Positions 13,595 to 26,218 of a stretch of DNA of 64,000 nt are shown in pieces; positions within the stretch are counted from its first letter, which is position 1; each line of letters starts with the position of its first letter. The stretch comes from Haliotis cracherodii (Eukaryota). The DNA is taken from assembly GCF_022045235.1 (NCBI RefSeq), contig NW_027266343.1, forward strand, positions 43,400,001 through 43,464,000, read 5' to 3'. A program made the position numbers and the translations under genes. The notes under the pieces were generated by a model that worked only from the letters and a program-made list of their open reading frames with translations, made no database searches and was not told the origin of the DNA.

Positions 13595-13609
13595 GGCGCC
13601 ACCTAGCGG
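13595..13609 (-). promoter_or_regulatory. CTCF-like motif
   Basis: ggcgccacctagcgg, i.e. CCGCTAGGTGGCGCC on the minus strand; motif match only. Confidence 0.5.
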
Positions 13610-14448
13610 CTGATGAGAAACACAGACTTCATGCAAATATCAGACTCTTGAATCTTGACTGGTACATCTACTTGAATGCGTGGCCGCACGTCCATGTTAA
13701 CATTTACAGGTATCGGTATATAGAATCCCAGTCTATCGTGAGACGGATACTGTGTTTCCCATCAAGCGAACTGCACTCATTCAGCCCCGGTGTCATGCTG
13801 AGTACTTCCCATCATACATCGCAGTCGAGACAAAACACAACAGCCCACCTGTGGCTGACACACGTCACCTGCTCCCACAATTGCCCTGACCGGAAGTCAT
13901 GTGTCAACTTGACCCGCCCATGCATATGACGCCGGATAACAAGTAAACGTTTTAATAAGATGTTGTAAACAAGTTAAGAAGTCATATTAATAACGGTGGT
14001 GTGCAGACCTTCTTTAAAGAGGCTATATTTATCTAATACCAGTAAACATAACAGTTCTATGCCTGTTTCGATAAACTGCCCTTCAAAGTGCTCGGTCTTA
14101 TTTGAAAGCCAAACAAAAATGGGATTATGTTTTGCAGTTGACTCGGCCTCATTGCTACATATACAGGAGAAAGACCTATTCTGTTCATAAATTTAGAGGT
14201 GGCACGCCGTTTATCTGCTAATGTGACCTTTAGCGGCGGTGTTAAATCAACGATGAACGACTTCGAGATTTAAAATCAGAATAGGTATCTACATTCTACC
14301 ATGACTACCTTGCGCACGTATTCAGTCAGAAGCAGTTACGCTAATTAACCACAGTGCTTTCAAATTAAAAATAACCAATCAAATTTGATCATCCTTCAAT
14401 CGCAAGACAGAACACTGGTTCAAGGACGTATTGACAACGTGCTGGTTG

Positions 14449-14813
14449 GACCCGTGAAGATCCGGGGTAGAATTGGTACATATATATATATAACTGTGAC
14501 ATAATGTCTGTAATGTGCTCTGGATATATAAATTAACATGACGATAAATAAGAGATACACAAGGACACGTGTCGAAAGAACCCCTGAAGATCCGGGTTAG
14601 AATAGATCTTCAGAAGCCCATGCTTGTCGTAAAAGGCGACAATGCTTGTCGTAAGAGGCTCGCTGACTTGGTTGATACGTGTCATCGTATCCCAATTGCG
14701 TATATCGATGCTCATGATGTCAATCACTGGGTTGTCTGGTCCAGACTCGATTATTTACAGACCGCCGTCATGGCTGTAATATTGCTGAGTGCCGCGTTAA
14801 ATAACAAACAAAC
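14449..14813 (+). mobile_element. Family C element with a duplicated head (14449-14477 and from 14580)
   Basis: Two cccg/ctgaagatccggg starts; flanks aacgtgctgg (14436) and aacgtgttgg (14811) resemble a TSD. Confidence 0.85.
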
Positions 14814-15354
14814 GTGTTGGCCAGGTTGCGTCGTGTTTTCCTGTGGTCAAACCGTTCACTTGCACTGTATTATGGTTCGCAACCGTATGGTCTCTGGTTT
14901 GATACATCCTCGATTATACAGTGAATTAAAATCGCCCTTCAGTTAAGATACCCTGAGTCAAATTGCTACCACGGCTTCGTTTCGAATGACATGACGCACA
15001 CATTGAGTGAATGCGAGATATTGGAGAAGTGACATCCAATCACAGATGACGCCATGTCAGGGAAATGGCCCAGGGTATTCAGTCGATAAAATACACTGGA
15101 CAACCGAGGATGGGGCTGCTGCCCATTATTTCCCAAATCCCCAAACGAGGCTTACCGTCCTATTTTCACAGTCTACACATACGGTAGTCACAGCACTTGT
15201 GTTGTGTGGGAATTCATTTTGACGTATTAACGTCACGTGTTTCTTTACGTCTTGCAGTCTGTGGATATCGCTCGATGGCTTTCTTTTCAGATTCATCAAA
15301 CATGGTGGCAAATAACGGCTTATTCACTTTTACTTACCTTCATTAAATATTTTG

Positions 15355-15528
15355 TTTGTTTCTCATCAATATTCCTTCAATATGACGACGGGCTGTAAAT
15401 AATCGTGTCTGGACCAGACAATCCAGTTATTGACATCATGATCATCGACCTACGCAGTTGGGAAACGACGACATGCATCAACCAAGTCAGCGAACCTGAC
15501 CACCCGATCCCGTTAGCTGCCTCTTACA
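15355..15528 (-). mobile_element. Family C, partial
   Basis: Reverse-complement match to the family C body. Confidence 0.85.
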
Positions 15529-17165
15529 ATGTAGACATATTGTGAATGTAACCTTACCGCCGTTACCAACAATGCAGTGTCACGTGTTTAAAAGACTGCA
15601 TCTGCGTCATCTGTGTCTGTATATATACGTATTATAAAATACCATTTATTGTGTAATAATTCAGTTTGACAGTCTGCGCCTATGTTAGAGTTCTATTGAG
15701 GGGATAATTAGTTGTAGCGTTTATAGCTCCATACAATATTGATACATGATGTAAGCGGCTGTTCCGGAAGCACGTGATCGGAACCACGTGATTGGGGACA
15801 GGTGCGGGGAGTTCGCCGAAGCAAGAGATCAAAGCATGGGATTGCCAGTATTTGTGGAGGAAAAAATTGATGACATATGTTGGTTAGTAAATATGCAGTG
15901 TGTATCGTTGAGTGGATAAAGATAGCAACTCTCCAAAAATTAGATTAAAGGTTTCAGGCAACCGCTGCTCACATGCCGTTCGGACGCCATCTCACATAAA
16001 TCGAAAAGCATTTTTCGCATTTTTTAAGACTTAGCTAAAAAGTAGAAACTGAACACTCGCTTCTTTTTCCATAAATACGACTTAGTTATGTTTGTAATAT
16101 AAAAAAAAGTTGCGAAACATGGCTCTTTTGTTTATGTTCTTTGATAAATCCTGCTTTGAGAGTTGACGTTGATGCGGGTATGATAAAATGATAAAACTAG
16201 ACGCTGTCGCATGGATTGAAGAATTCTTGAAAGGATCTGATGAAGTCATCAAGAGGATCTTGAGGTTTTCTCATCTGGCTTAACTTATTGATACGACTGT
16301 TCGTGTAAAAGTTAGACGACAACACGCGGAATCTCGCACCTGTCCTCAAATTGACACAGAAGCAGGGGACGAAAGCGGGAGACTTGCTGTCCTTTGAGAG
16401 AGTTAGGAAACAATGTGTGTTTTACTGATCACAAATCGTGGAGAGAAAAAGACATAATTCTTTGTGACAATAGAATCAGAATGGATAAGTCAGTAGACAT
16501 TGGTGTGCGGCGTGTGTGTGTTCGTTGGGGGGTGGGGGGTGCGTATGTGTGCGTGCGCGCACGTGTAACGTGTACATTCCCGAGAAGTGTAGTGTAGGCA
16601 TGTGGACTTGTATTATTGATTGATTCTTTTTATATGACTGAAGTAGGCAAATTTCCTCTCCCTTCGTCCCACCCTCCTTCTACCACTCCCTCACTCACTC
16701 ATTCACTGTTAAAATGGGTTTTTTTCACAAACTACTACCAGAAGACCTCCATGTATTCAGACAGCCTCCTGCAACCCCGGAGCCAATATGTTTAGTTTAT
16801 CCAAATCTGCTATTGTAATTTAATGAATAATCTAACATCTTCAAGACGCCTGAGTTTGACATAAATTTTAAATGAGATCATTTAAAACATGAAAATGCAT
16901 TGGGAAATGTCATAGCTTGGCGTCAAGCTACCTTGTAAAACAGAATTCTGAACCCAAGACTTGACTAATAGTCAAACGCTGATTCATCTTTGGAGTTCGA
17001 TATCGTTATAACGCCCGTGTTCAGGCGTTAGACTTATGCTGACCTTTTACTCAACATGTTTACTGCGCGTCTTCGTGTAACGTAACACGGTGATATAGCA
17101 CAGGTAAAAAGATGACATACTTTTTAGAACATGTTGTTTTGTACCCGAGTTCTTCACCTTTTCGC

Positions 17166-17333
17166 CCCCGTGAAGTTCCGGGTTAGAAGGGTCTTCAGCA
17201 ACCCATGCTTGTCGAAAGAGGCGACTAACGGATCAGGTGGTCAGGCTTGCTGAAACCCATTTCTTGTTTCCCTCGCTGTAATATTTGCTTGAATATTGCT
17301 AAAAAGCGGCGGACAACCATACTCACTCACTCA
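17166..17333 (+). mobile_element. Chimera: family C head joined to a family A tail
   Basis: C head to ~17253, then aaacccatttc ... ccatactcactcactc of A type. Confidence 0.75.
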
Positions 17334-17335
17334 TT

Positions 17336-17500
17336 GGAGGTTGGGTAGCCTTGTGGTTAAAGCGTTCGCTCGTCACGCCGAAGGCCCGGGTTCGATTCAC
17401 GCATGGATACACTGTCTGATGGCCATTTCCGACGACCCCCGCCTTGATATTGCGGGAATAGTGCTACAAGCAGCGTAAAACTATACTCACTCACTCACTC
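17336..17500 (+). mobile_element. SINE family A
   Basis: Consensus match with (ACTC)n tail. Confidence 0.9.
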
Positions 17501-17780
17501 AGTGTAATATAAAACAACAAACAAAACAACCAAATTGTTTGTACCTAGAATGAGCAAAATTCAAAATAAATAAAAAACATTTTTTCCTCAAAACTAACAG
17601 TTCATATACAAACAGCGTTCCAAATAACTGCATGCCCGCCTTCACGTGGCAGGTAACTTTACTGTCGGGCGGCATGGAATCTTCCTGCACCTCTCCGACT
17701 GTCTGGCAGATAAATTAAAGACTACTTACGTATTCAGTTTTATTACGTCCTTGTAGATTCTCAAGTAATTGTTTGCATTA

Positions 17781-17957
17781 CAGTACACTAGGGTTATAAC
17801 GAACACGCTAATAACGAACTGACCGATATAACGAACTTATTTTTTAGTCCCAGCCATTTGTTGCATATATGCTGTATATATATGCTTATAACGAGCTACG
17901 GTTATAACGAACTAAAATTAGTGGTCCCTTTGGGTTCGTTATAACCGTAGTTTACTG
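17781..17957. mobile_element. Tigger/pogo-like MITE
   Basis: TA TSD; TIRs cagtacactagggttataacgaac and gttcgttataaccgtagtttactg; internal ATAACGAA repeats. Confidence 0.85.
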
Positions 17958-19763
17958 TATTTCAACTGAATCACGACTTGATTTGTCCCTTAGTATTTGC
18001 GATGTTTCCATATTTATAACACCTGAGTGCAGGCAGGCAACTTTGAAGATTGGCAGGCAAGACTTTAGGTCACCTACCCGACTGTCTTTCAAGATGATTT
18101 AAAACACTGTATACAAAACCGTCCATTGTTGAAATGAAAACCCGTTGTCACTTACACCCACTCCTCGCCGCATGTTTTTGTCGGCAAGTTTCTCCCGGCT
18201 GTCAAATCCATAACACTGATGGAAAAGCCTCCATTTTCGAGACCGCCCTACACGTGAGACGTGAAAGGAGGTAGCTCAATCATCATGTATCCCTTGTTAG
18301 TTCACCTACTATGTTTTACTGAAGGTAACGTATCGTCAGGCGATATCTTGTGACTTGTGACAACATCCACGAGTACTTAAGAAGAAAAACGTGAGGAGAA
18401 TTTTCTCGTGGGAATGAAGTAAGATTGCGACTTGGTAGAAGAAACAACTAGCTGAAGAGGCAGTGCTAACGCTGCTAGACGAGGCGGAGGGTGACCACTC
18501 CATTAACGTCAGGTCACGACGTTGCGGCTACCATCACACACTTACAGCAGACGTTCTTGTAGTACGCCATCATGTAGGATGGTTGGCGACTGCATTCGTC
18601 ACCACTCGCCCCATTCCGTAACCTGCAAGAAGACTCGTCCGCCTAGCGATGAATGTTGTGTTCAAAAATACGACAAACCAATCAGAATGCGCGTTGGATT
18701 TCAAGTTCTTCGTCAAACAATTCCTCAGAAATAATTTTTTTATTTTACATATGTCTTTCATCTAAAAATATACTTAAGACACAGTTAAATGTGTTCAATC
18801 ATACTGAAGAATTCCGCATGTCCCGATGTGCTTTAAATTGCATCTGAAATACATATAATATATGGGGAAATATATTTGAACCATTACGCAACGAGTAAAC
18901 AATTGTTTTAGGTATGCCTGTTTGCGCTAAGACGGAACCCGGTCGCAATAATGGCCATGAGAGGGGCACGAGTCGCTATTCGGCTTGTCCCGGAATACCA
19001 CGAGTTGGACACGAATGTGGCGACGGATGGCAGTTCTTTGGTAGCCGTACACCTGACGTAATTGAGCGATCAGTGCACTCAGATGGCGCTGTACAGTGTC
19101 ACACGTGGGTTTCGAACCCGACCGTCTGAATTGCACGCTAACTAAAACGGTCACCATACACCCAACGTTGAACTGACCTCTGTGAGTGAGTGAGTGAGTG
19201 AGTTCCAGCCCGTCTGTATTGCAAGCTTACTAAAGCCAGGAAGACTATAGAAAGAGTACCTGCTACAGCCACCATTCACCCAACGTTGGACTGACCTGAG
19301 TGAATAAGTGAGTGAGTGAGTCCGTCACCCCACCCTCCAGAATATCAACTAGTCAGTCCCTAAATAGACAAAACATCTTTTTTGTCAACAAACATTTTTA
19401 TCTCATCTCCTGGCCTGACAAAGTTGACATTTTCACTCGTTACTCTTCGCTTGTTGAAATATCCATGTTAATTGACAAGAATAACAAAATATCTTCTTTT
19501 CCTTTTGTTTTCAGTCTTTTCTGTGAAAATACATGCATCAACACATAATGGAAAATAATAGTTTTGCTCCTTTAATATAAAGGACGAGGAGAGAAGAAAT
19601 ATATAAGAACGTATTGTTATATTACAGTGTTAAAGTTCTCCCCGCCTCGAAAATAACAGAAGCCCTACAGATAATAAACAAACGGGGAAATAAAGTGTAC
19701 ACTTAAAATTTGGACTTGACCAAATAATTATAATCGTTATCAAAACTTTACTAGGCTGAGAAC

Positions 19764-20675
19764 TGTGGAACAGGACTCCTTTAGTGAGCATTCCCCGTCG
19801 CTTTGCTTTGATAGCAACTGTCTCAGTAGGTCAGCATAATATCTTCCATTGATAGTCTGGCCTTTTTCAAGATAGTCAATCAGTAGAAGACCCTTGGAAT
19901 CCCAAAAGACTGAAGCCATCACCTTTCCAGCAGAAGGATACGACTTGGCTGTTTGGGGGGCTGGTGATTCCGGATGCTTCCATTGTTTAAACTGAATTTT
20001 GGTTTCTAGTTGAAAGTGATGAATCCAGGGCTCATCCATGGTTACAAATCGGGCCAAAAAATCATCGGGATCTGCTTCAAATCGGCATCAATTGTCACGG
20101 GACGTCAGGAATCTGACACGTTTCTGATCCGCTGTCAAAAGCTTTGGCACCCATCTTGCAGAAACTTTTGTCATTCCCAACTCGTTGGTGATCATGTGCT
20201 CAACCCTCTCATGAGAGATGCCCACAACACTAGCAATATGTCGAGTGGTCAATCGTCGATCAGCCATCACCATGTCATGCACCCGGGTAATGTTTTCCGG
20301 AATGATTGCTGTTGAAGGCCATTCTGGACGCGGGTCATCGTCAAGGCTCTCTCTGTCACGCTTTTACACTTTTTACAGTGGAAAAGGAAGGGGCATCATC
20401 CCCTAAAGTGGAGACCATGTCAGCATGTATCTGTGTTGGAGATAGCCCTTTCAGTTGCAGGTACTTGATGACTGCCCTATAGCCAGTTTTGACCATTTCT
20501 GGTGATTTCAATGGGTAGGTTCACAAGATGGTCTGGTACAAAGACAATAATAACACTACAGTTGCAGTTCATATGTCTATGATTCATTAAATGATTATAC
20601 TTGTTGGTGGCAAAAGTTTGTTTCAATCCGATTGAGATATCCCACTTAGGCTTAGAACTTTTCAGCCAGCCCTCG
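19764..20675 (-). pseudogene. Mariner transposon, 3'-truncated and frameshifted (irritans/Himar1-like motifs)
   Basis: TIR TA-CGAGGGCTGGCTGAAAAGTTC ending at 20675; ATG at 20496 gives MVKTGYRAVIKYLQLKGLSPTQIHADMVSTLGDDAP; motifs WVPKLLT, TMDEPWIH, SAGKVMASVFWD; breaks at GVLFH before the second catalytic Asp. Confidence 0.92.
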
Positions 20676-20689
20676 TACATCACCATCGA

Positions 20690-20941
20690 GACCCGTGAAG
20701 ATCCGGGGTCTTCAGCAACCCATGCTTGCCGTAAAAGACTATGCTTGTCGTTAGAGGCGACTAACGGCATCGAGTTGTCAGGCTCGCTGACATGGTTGGT
20801 GCATGTCATCGTATCCAAATTGCGTAGATCGATGCTCATAATTCCAATTACTGGATTGTCTAGTCTAGACTCGATCATTTACAGACCGCCGTCACATAGC
20901 TGTAATATAGCTGAGTGCGGCTTTAACCAACAAACAAACAA
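20690..20941 (+). mobile_element. Family C, full length
   Basis: 13-bp TSD acatcaccatcga at 20677-20689 and 20942-20954. Confidence 0.93.
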
Positions 20942-21947
20942 ACATCACCATCGAATAACCACCATCAAATGTAGGTGTACACTTATTATGCCCGGCAGTT
21001 TACCCTGATAACTCCATAGAAAAATAGGATAACATTTTTCAAACTTTTCTAACGTCCATCAAGCTGTTTTTGCGTTTCAAAAAATGTTTTAAAATCAATT
21101 TTGACTCAAAACACCATTACAATTTATAACAATAATCTTTATCGTAAAAACGTGTTTTCCTGTTTGCGTCGGAGCGGTTGCGCGAGCTACACATAAATCC
21201 TGTCGACACCAAAGTGGTTGCAAACCACTTCCCTAGTCATTGTCAAGCACGTTTGACTACACAAGAAACACTACATACGAGTTGTCGCCCAAACAGTTAA
21301 AACATATTATTGGGATCCATCTAACGCTCGTCTATAAAGCTGCACTATTGCTTCCATCTCACAAAACATCCACGGTTAAATGCATGATAGATTACTGTCG
21401 AGTTTACGACTCATTTTTCACAACTTTTTATGTTAGTGAATTCCCAAATTGAATATAGAAGCCAATGCTGAATTTTTTCCGATGCTTTCCAGAAAACAGT
21501 CAACGGCGTGTTTTTGTTGGGGAACTGGATCTTTTTCAATGCAAGAATCGATATTCCAATGCGAGCCATGCAAAAGCTGTTGTTTTTGTTATCAGTTGTG
21601 CTATGGGCTGTGATCAATCAAAGACCTTTTACGGTTATATGTATCGGTTATTTTATACAGCTATTTTATACAATAGTATTTCTAGCAAATTTACTAAAAG
21701 GTGTTTTAATGGACAAGCTTATGCGTAATTGTGTAAAAGCTGTCCGAAATGTCAATTATCAGCAGTGCATGAAGTGGGCTGAATGAGCCCCTGCCATATC
21801 AAGAGTTTCTGAGCAATACATTTTGTGATTTGTCAATAACTTTGTTGGTATATGGAGGTGAAAATCGAGGTTCGCAATGATAAAAGGGTAATAAATAGAA
21901 ATGCCTCCTTTTTTCGCACACTACTGAACATAATAAGAATCAATCAG

Positions 21948-22035
21948 GGCCCCGTTCCTAAAACGATCGTAGCGCCACGACTGTCCTCAGCCAATGTTAA
22001 AGAATGGGAGTTACGATCACGGTGGCTTTGTGGCC
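21948..22035. mobile_element. Degenerate MITE family M2 (related to 61210-61296)
   Basis: gggccccgttcc..aaacgatcgtagcgc.acgactgtc ... gctttgtgg. Confidence 0.55.
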
Positions 22036-22071
22036 AAGCGTACTGTTCACGCGACTTTTCATAGGGATATG

Positions 22072-22352
22072 GGGGGCACGGGTGGCCCAGTCGTACAAGC
22101 CGCCGCGATTCGCTGTGCAGAGTTGCGTCCCTTGGGCATGCCAGAAACCCATGATTGTGGGTTCGATCCCGGTTCGCCCCGATTATGTTTCTAGGTTTGT
22201 CAGCACCATACTCGTGCTCGTGGGTTTCACCGAAGTGGTAAACGTCTGATACCTGCATCACTTCGGGCTTTCCTCCCACATTAAGCTGACACGCCGCGAT
22301 ATAACTGGAATACTGTTAAAAGCGGCGTTAAACCCAACTCACTCACTCACAG
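22072..22352 (+). mobile_element. SINE family B, full length
   Basis: TSD atagggatatg at 22061 and 22353. Confidence 0.95.
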
Positions 22353-22494
22353 ATAGGGATATGTTTTATCACTCCATAACTGATTCTCATGATATGTCAA
22401 ATGAATGTTAATATAAATGGGACATATCTGATTATCCCTATAAAAAATGCCTAGTATAGTTAATCATCACTATTCATGGTAGGAAAAGGTCCTC

Positions 22495-23030
22495 ATCAAC
22501 CTATGCTGGTCTTTTGAGGCCACAGGGATGGGTTGATCATGCTCCCTGACTTGGTTGATATCGAATCTCGTACCCCGACGGCTCGTTGCTCATAATCGTC
22601 GATCACTGGATTGTCTGGTCCAGACTCGATTATTCACAGGTCGCCGTCATGTATCTGGAATATTGCTGAATGCGGCGTTAAACAACCAAAAATACAATAA
22701 GGGGTGAGCGACAATTGCTCAAGGTCATATAAGTAACGCTGCAGCTGTTCGTATGGATTAAGGGATCCAGATAAACAATATGCGTGGACGTATCTTTGTT
22801 TGTTTGTTGTTTATCGCCGCACTCAGCAATATTTCAGTCATGACGGCGGTCTGTAAATAATCGAGTTTGTACCAGACAATACAGTGACTTATATCATGAA
22901 CAGCGATCTACACATTGTGATACGATGACATGCATCAACCAAGTCAGCGAGCCTGACCACCCGATCCCGTTAGTCGCCTTTTACCACAAGCACGGCTGCT
23001 GAAAGCCAGCTCTAACCCAGATCTTCATGC
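22495..23030. mobile_element. Two family C copies in inverted orientation: (+) 22495-22690 and (-) 22795-23030
   Basis: Consensus matches. Confidence 0.85.
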
Positions 23031-23051
23031 TATCACTATCCATAGCAAATA

Positions 23052-23255
23052 CACTGCCGGCAAAAAGAAAGTACACATCTATGTTTGATGATGGCTAAAC
23101 ATGAAACACACAAGAAATGGTCATTCGATGGTGGTGCATTTGATATGGGTATCATAGATGAATTTGGGTCCTTTAGTCTGCAACCTTTCGATAACCTTTG
23201 TCATATTTTTGTCGAATTCCATTTTAAAGTGTATACTTTCTTTTGTTCGGCAGTT
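23052..23255. mobile_element. Tc1-like MITE
   Basis: TA flanks; ~28-bp TIRs cactgccggcaaaaagaaagtacac and gtatactttcttttgttcggcagt. Confidence 0.8.
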
Positions 23256-23272
23256 TATATTAACACATATTC

Positions 23273-23617
23273 GGACCGCCTTCGTGGTCTAGTGGTAGAG
23301 CGTCCGCCCGGAGAGCGGAAGGTTCGGGATTCGATCCCCGGCCGCGTCATACCAAAAGACGTTAAAAGATGGTACTTGTTGTTACCTTGTCTGGCACTCG
23401 GCATTAAGGGGCTAAAACAAGGACTGGTCGGCTCGGAGTCAGTATACTGTGTCTGAGTAGGGTATTCATGTTAAACTGCGGCATGATTTCTCAGTGTGCT
23501 AGCACTATAAATCGGCATCAGTCCGGACTAGTACAAGCAGCCGCACACACGTGCATGCACGTCGCTATATAAGTGCAATAATCTTGGACGCGACGTTAAA
23601 CCCCATTTCACCTCACC
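23273..23617 (+). mobile_element. tRNA-derived SINE family D (Meta-domain-like body), full length
   Basis: A and B boxes; gtcataccaaaagacgttaaaagatggtacttg core resembles the MetaSINE domain from memory; 12-bp TSD taacacatattc. Confidence 0.9.
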
Positions 23618-24047
23618 TAACACATATTCTAACTATTAAACACGCAGTATTAACGTATTTATCAACCAGTTATTCGAAACTCGCGAATGTCTGGCGCAAA
23701 CAGACGAATGTAAGACAATCATGTTTTATGACTCTACTTGACCGCTATCTGGATCATGGCATTGGTATATTCTATTTCACTCACGTATGCACGGTGTCGG
23801 ATCAAGACACCCCGGAGTGGCGAGACAACACAGCAATTTAGACACCAGCGGGGTGCAAAAGCATAGACTATGGCAGCATGGGATCATTGTTCTGACCATT
23901 GTTAGGTATTCACCTGTAAAAGCTTAGATTTATGGCTTTTTGTGGAGTTACCAGACTCAACCTTGACATAAAAGGAGTTACCAGTATTTATTTTATTTCC
24001 AGGGGGTCTTTGAGTTTTATAGGTTTCGTCGTAATCTTTCGACACGT

Positions 24048-24222
24048 TGGTTTGTTTGTTGTTAACGCCGCACTCAGCAATATTTCAGCTATATGACAGC
24101 GGTCTGTGAATAATGAAGTCTGGTCCAGACAATCAAGTGATTGACATTCTGAGCATCGATCCTCGCAATTGGGATACGATGACATGCACAACCAAGTCAG
24201 CAAGCCTGACCTCCCGATCCCG
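24048..24222 (-). mobile_element. Family C, partial, followed by a diverged family B remnant to ~24420
   Basis: Consensus match. Confidence 0.85.
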
Positions 24223-25320
24223 TGACACTGTGGTCCGCATCCGAGTTGCCTCTCCTTGTCGTCCCAGGATCCGATGATCGGGTCCGAATCCACATTCGCC
24301 CTGTTTATGCGCCTTGGTTTGACAGCACCATACCCACGATCGTCACCTTGGGTTGTCGCCTCATTTCTAGGCTAGCATGTTGAGATATACTGAAATATTG
24401 TGGGAAAATCCCCCACTCTCAGTTTACAAAACACATGAATCCCTGGTATCCCCCGAGTCCATTCTACAGAAAACGGAACGGACGATCTGCACGTGCAATG
24501 TAGAACACAACTATATTCTGCTATATATTCCATTTATAAAATGACTTTTCAGCTTTTGCCCGCCTATCCCTAAAGGTCGAGAGGCATTCGTCATGTTTGT
24601 GAAGTTTGTTTCAGTGAATGTCCGATGACGCTCCTTCGTCGGGCAACCCACACTGCGCTCAGCTCGTGTTGCACGTGCCATATGTCGTCAAGTAAGCGTG
24701 ACGCTGCACGAGCTTTCCGTGTATTAATTCGCACCAGCTTACACATGCGTGGAGCAGTTTACGTTTGATAGCGGTGATTAACATATGGACGCCCATTGAT
24801 GTCATGATGGAGATAGAGAGATATTACTTAGAGTAAATCGTTTAGTTAAAGAGACGCCCTTTCCTGTATTCTCAAGGGCGTCTTAAAACTTGCAGAGTCA
24901 TGATAGTGTGTGTTGAATAAGTGGTTGTGGCCAAACGTGCATACGGTTGGGCTGGAAGATTGGATACCGTCCGCGAGGCTTGCACCGTTAGTTAACGTTC
25001 AGATGAACTCAACTTTAGCCAAGCACTGGTCTAACGAATTGCAGTGACGTCATCAGGTTGGTGCTATTTTCGTCTTGTTTTTGTATTCTTGTTTGTTAAA
25101 AAAACGGCTTATATTTCCTCACTGTTGTCTGAATGGTATGATAATATGGTTTCAAAAAGCCACGGAATTACTGAAATATGTTTTTTTCAGGAAAAAAACA
25201 GCTAAGTTGAAATAAATAATATATTTCCAGTGATTATTAGTGAATGTCGGATGGATAAAATTAAGTTTTTTTAATCGACATTTATCGAGTGTTTACTAAG
25301 ATTATGCACTCAACTTGAAT

Positions 25321-25378
25321 CATCTTCCCGAGGCAAGGGACTTTTATAGTCAGTTAACTCCCTTGCCTCGGGGAGGTG
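25321..25378. mobile_element. Minimal 58-bp M1 MITE (TIRs only)
   Basis: catcttcccgaggcaaggga ... tcccttgcctcggggaggtg. Confidence 0.8.
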
Positions 25379-25989
25379 ACTTAAAGTGGCGCCGCGTTAG
25401 AATTTGCCGCTTGTGTCTTTGTCCCACCGTGTACATTCCCGCCTATCTATAGAGGTCAAGGTGACGCCATTCGTAACAGATAATTAGAAAGAGAACTATT
25501 ACCGATAAGGCTGGATTTACCGCTAGTCTGTGCTCACGGGACAAAGGTCACGCTGAAGGATGACATGTTCACTGTCAGACGCATCCCTGAGTGGTGTAGA
25601 TACGTACATTTACCCAAGGTTCACCGCCGTCATAAGGCTGGACTATTGCTGAGTGCGGCGTTAAACAACAAACAAACAAAACCCAAGGTGGTAAGAAGTA
25701 CACATCCCCCCCCATTACCAGCTGGTTAGGGACCGATGGGCTGGGATCTTGTTTCGAGCTACAGCAACAAAACCAGATATCCAGTTATTGGCATCATGAG
25801 CATCGATCTACGCAACTTGGATACGAAAACATGCATCATTCAACCAACCACCCGATCCCGTCAGGCTCTTCCGACCTGCTTGTGCTTCGGGATCTGCCTC
25901 AATGTACGTGACACACAAGTCTGTTCACTAGTCTATTATACTTGCCTCTTATAACAAGCAGACGATGATGGGGACCTGTTACGATTCCA

Positions 25990-26218
25990 GACCCGTGAAG
26001 ATAGAATAGGTCGTCAACAACCCATGCTTGCCTTGGAAGGCGACTATGCTTGTAAGAGGCGAGTAACGGGATCGGCAGATGCATGCCATCGTATCCCTAT
26101 TGTATAGATCCATGCTCATGATATCAATCACTGCATTGTCTGGTCCGGACACGATTATTTACAGACCGCCGTCATCAAGCTGCAATATTGCTGAGTGCAG
26201 CGTTAAACAAAAAACAAA
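25990..26218 (+). mobile_element. Family C with internal deletions
   Basis: Near-TSD tgttacgattcc / tgttccgattcc. Confidence 0.88.

Noticed and set aside
24605-24645. Second hammerhead-like motif on the minus strand (CCGACGA...TGAAAC)
   Set aside because: The core is altered and stems I-III cannot be formed convincingly.
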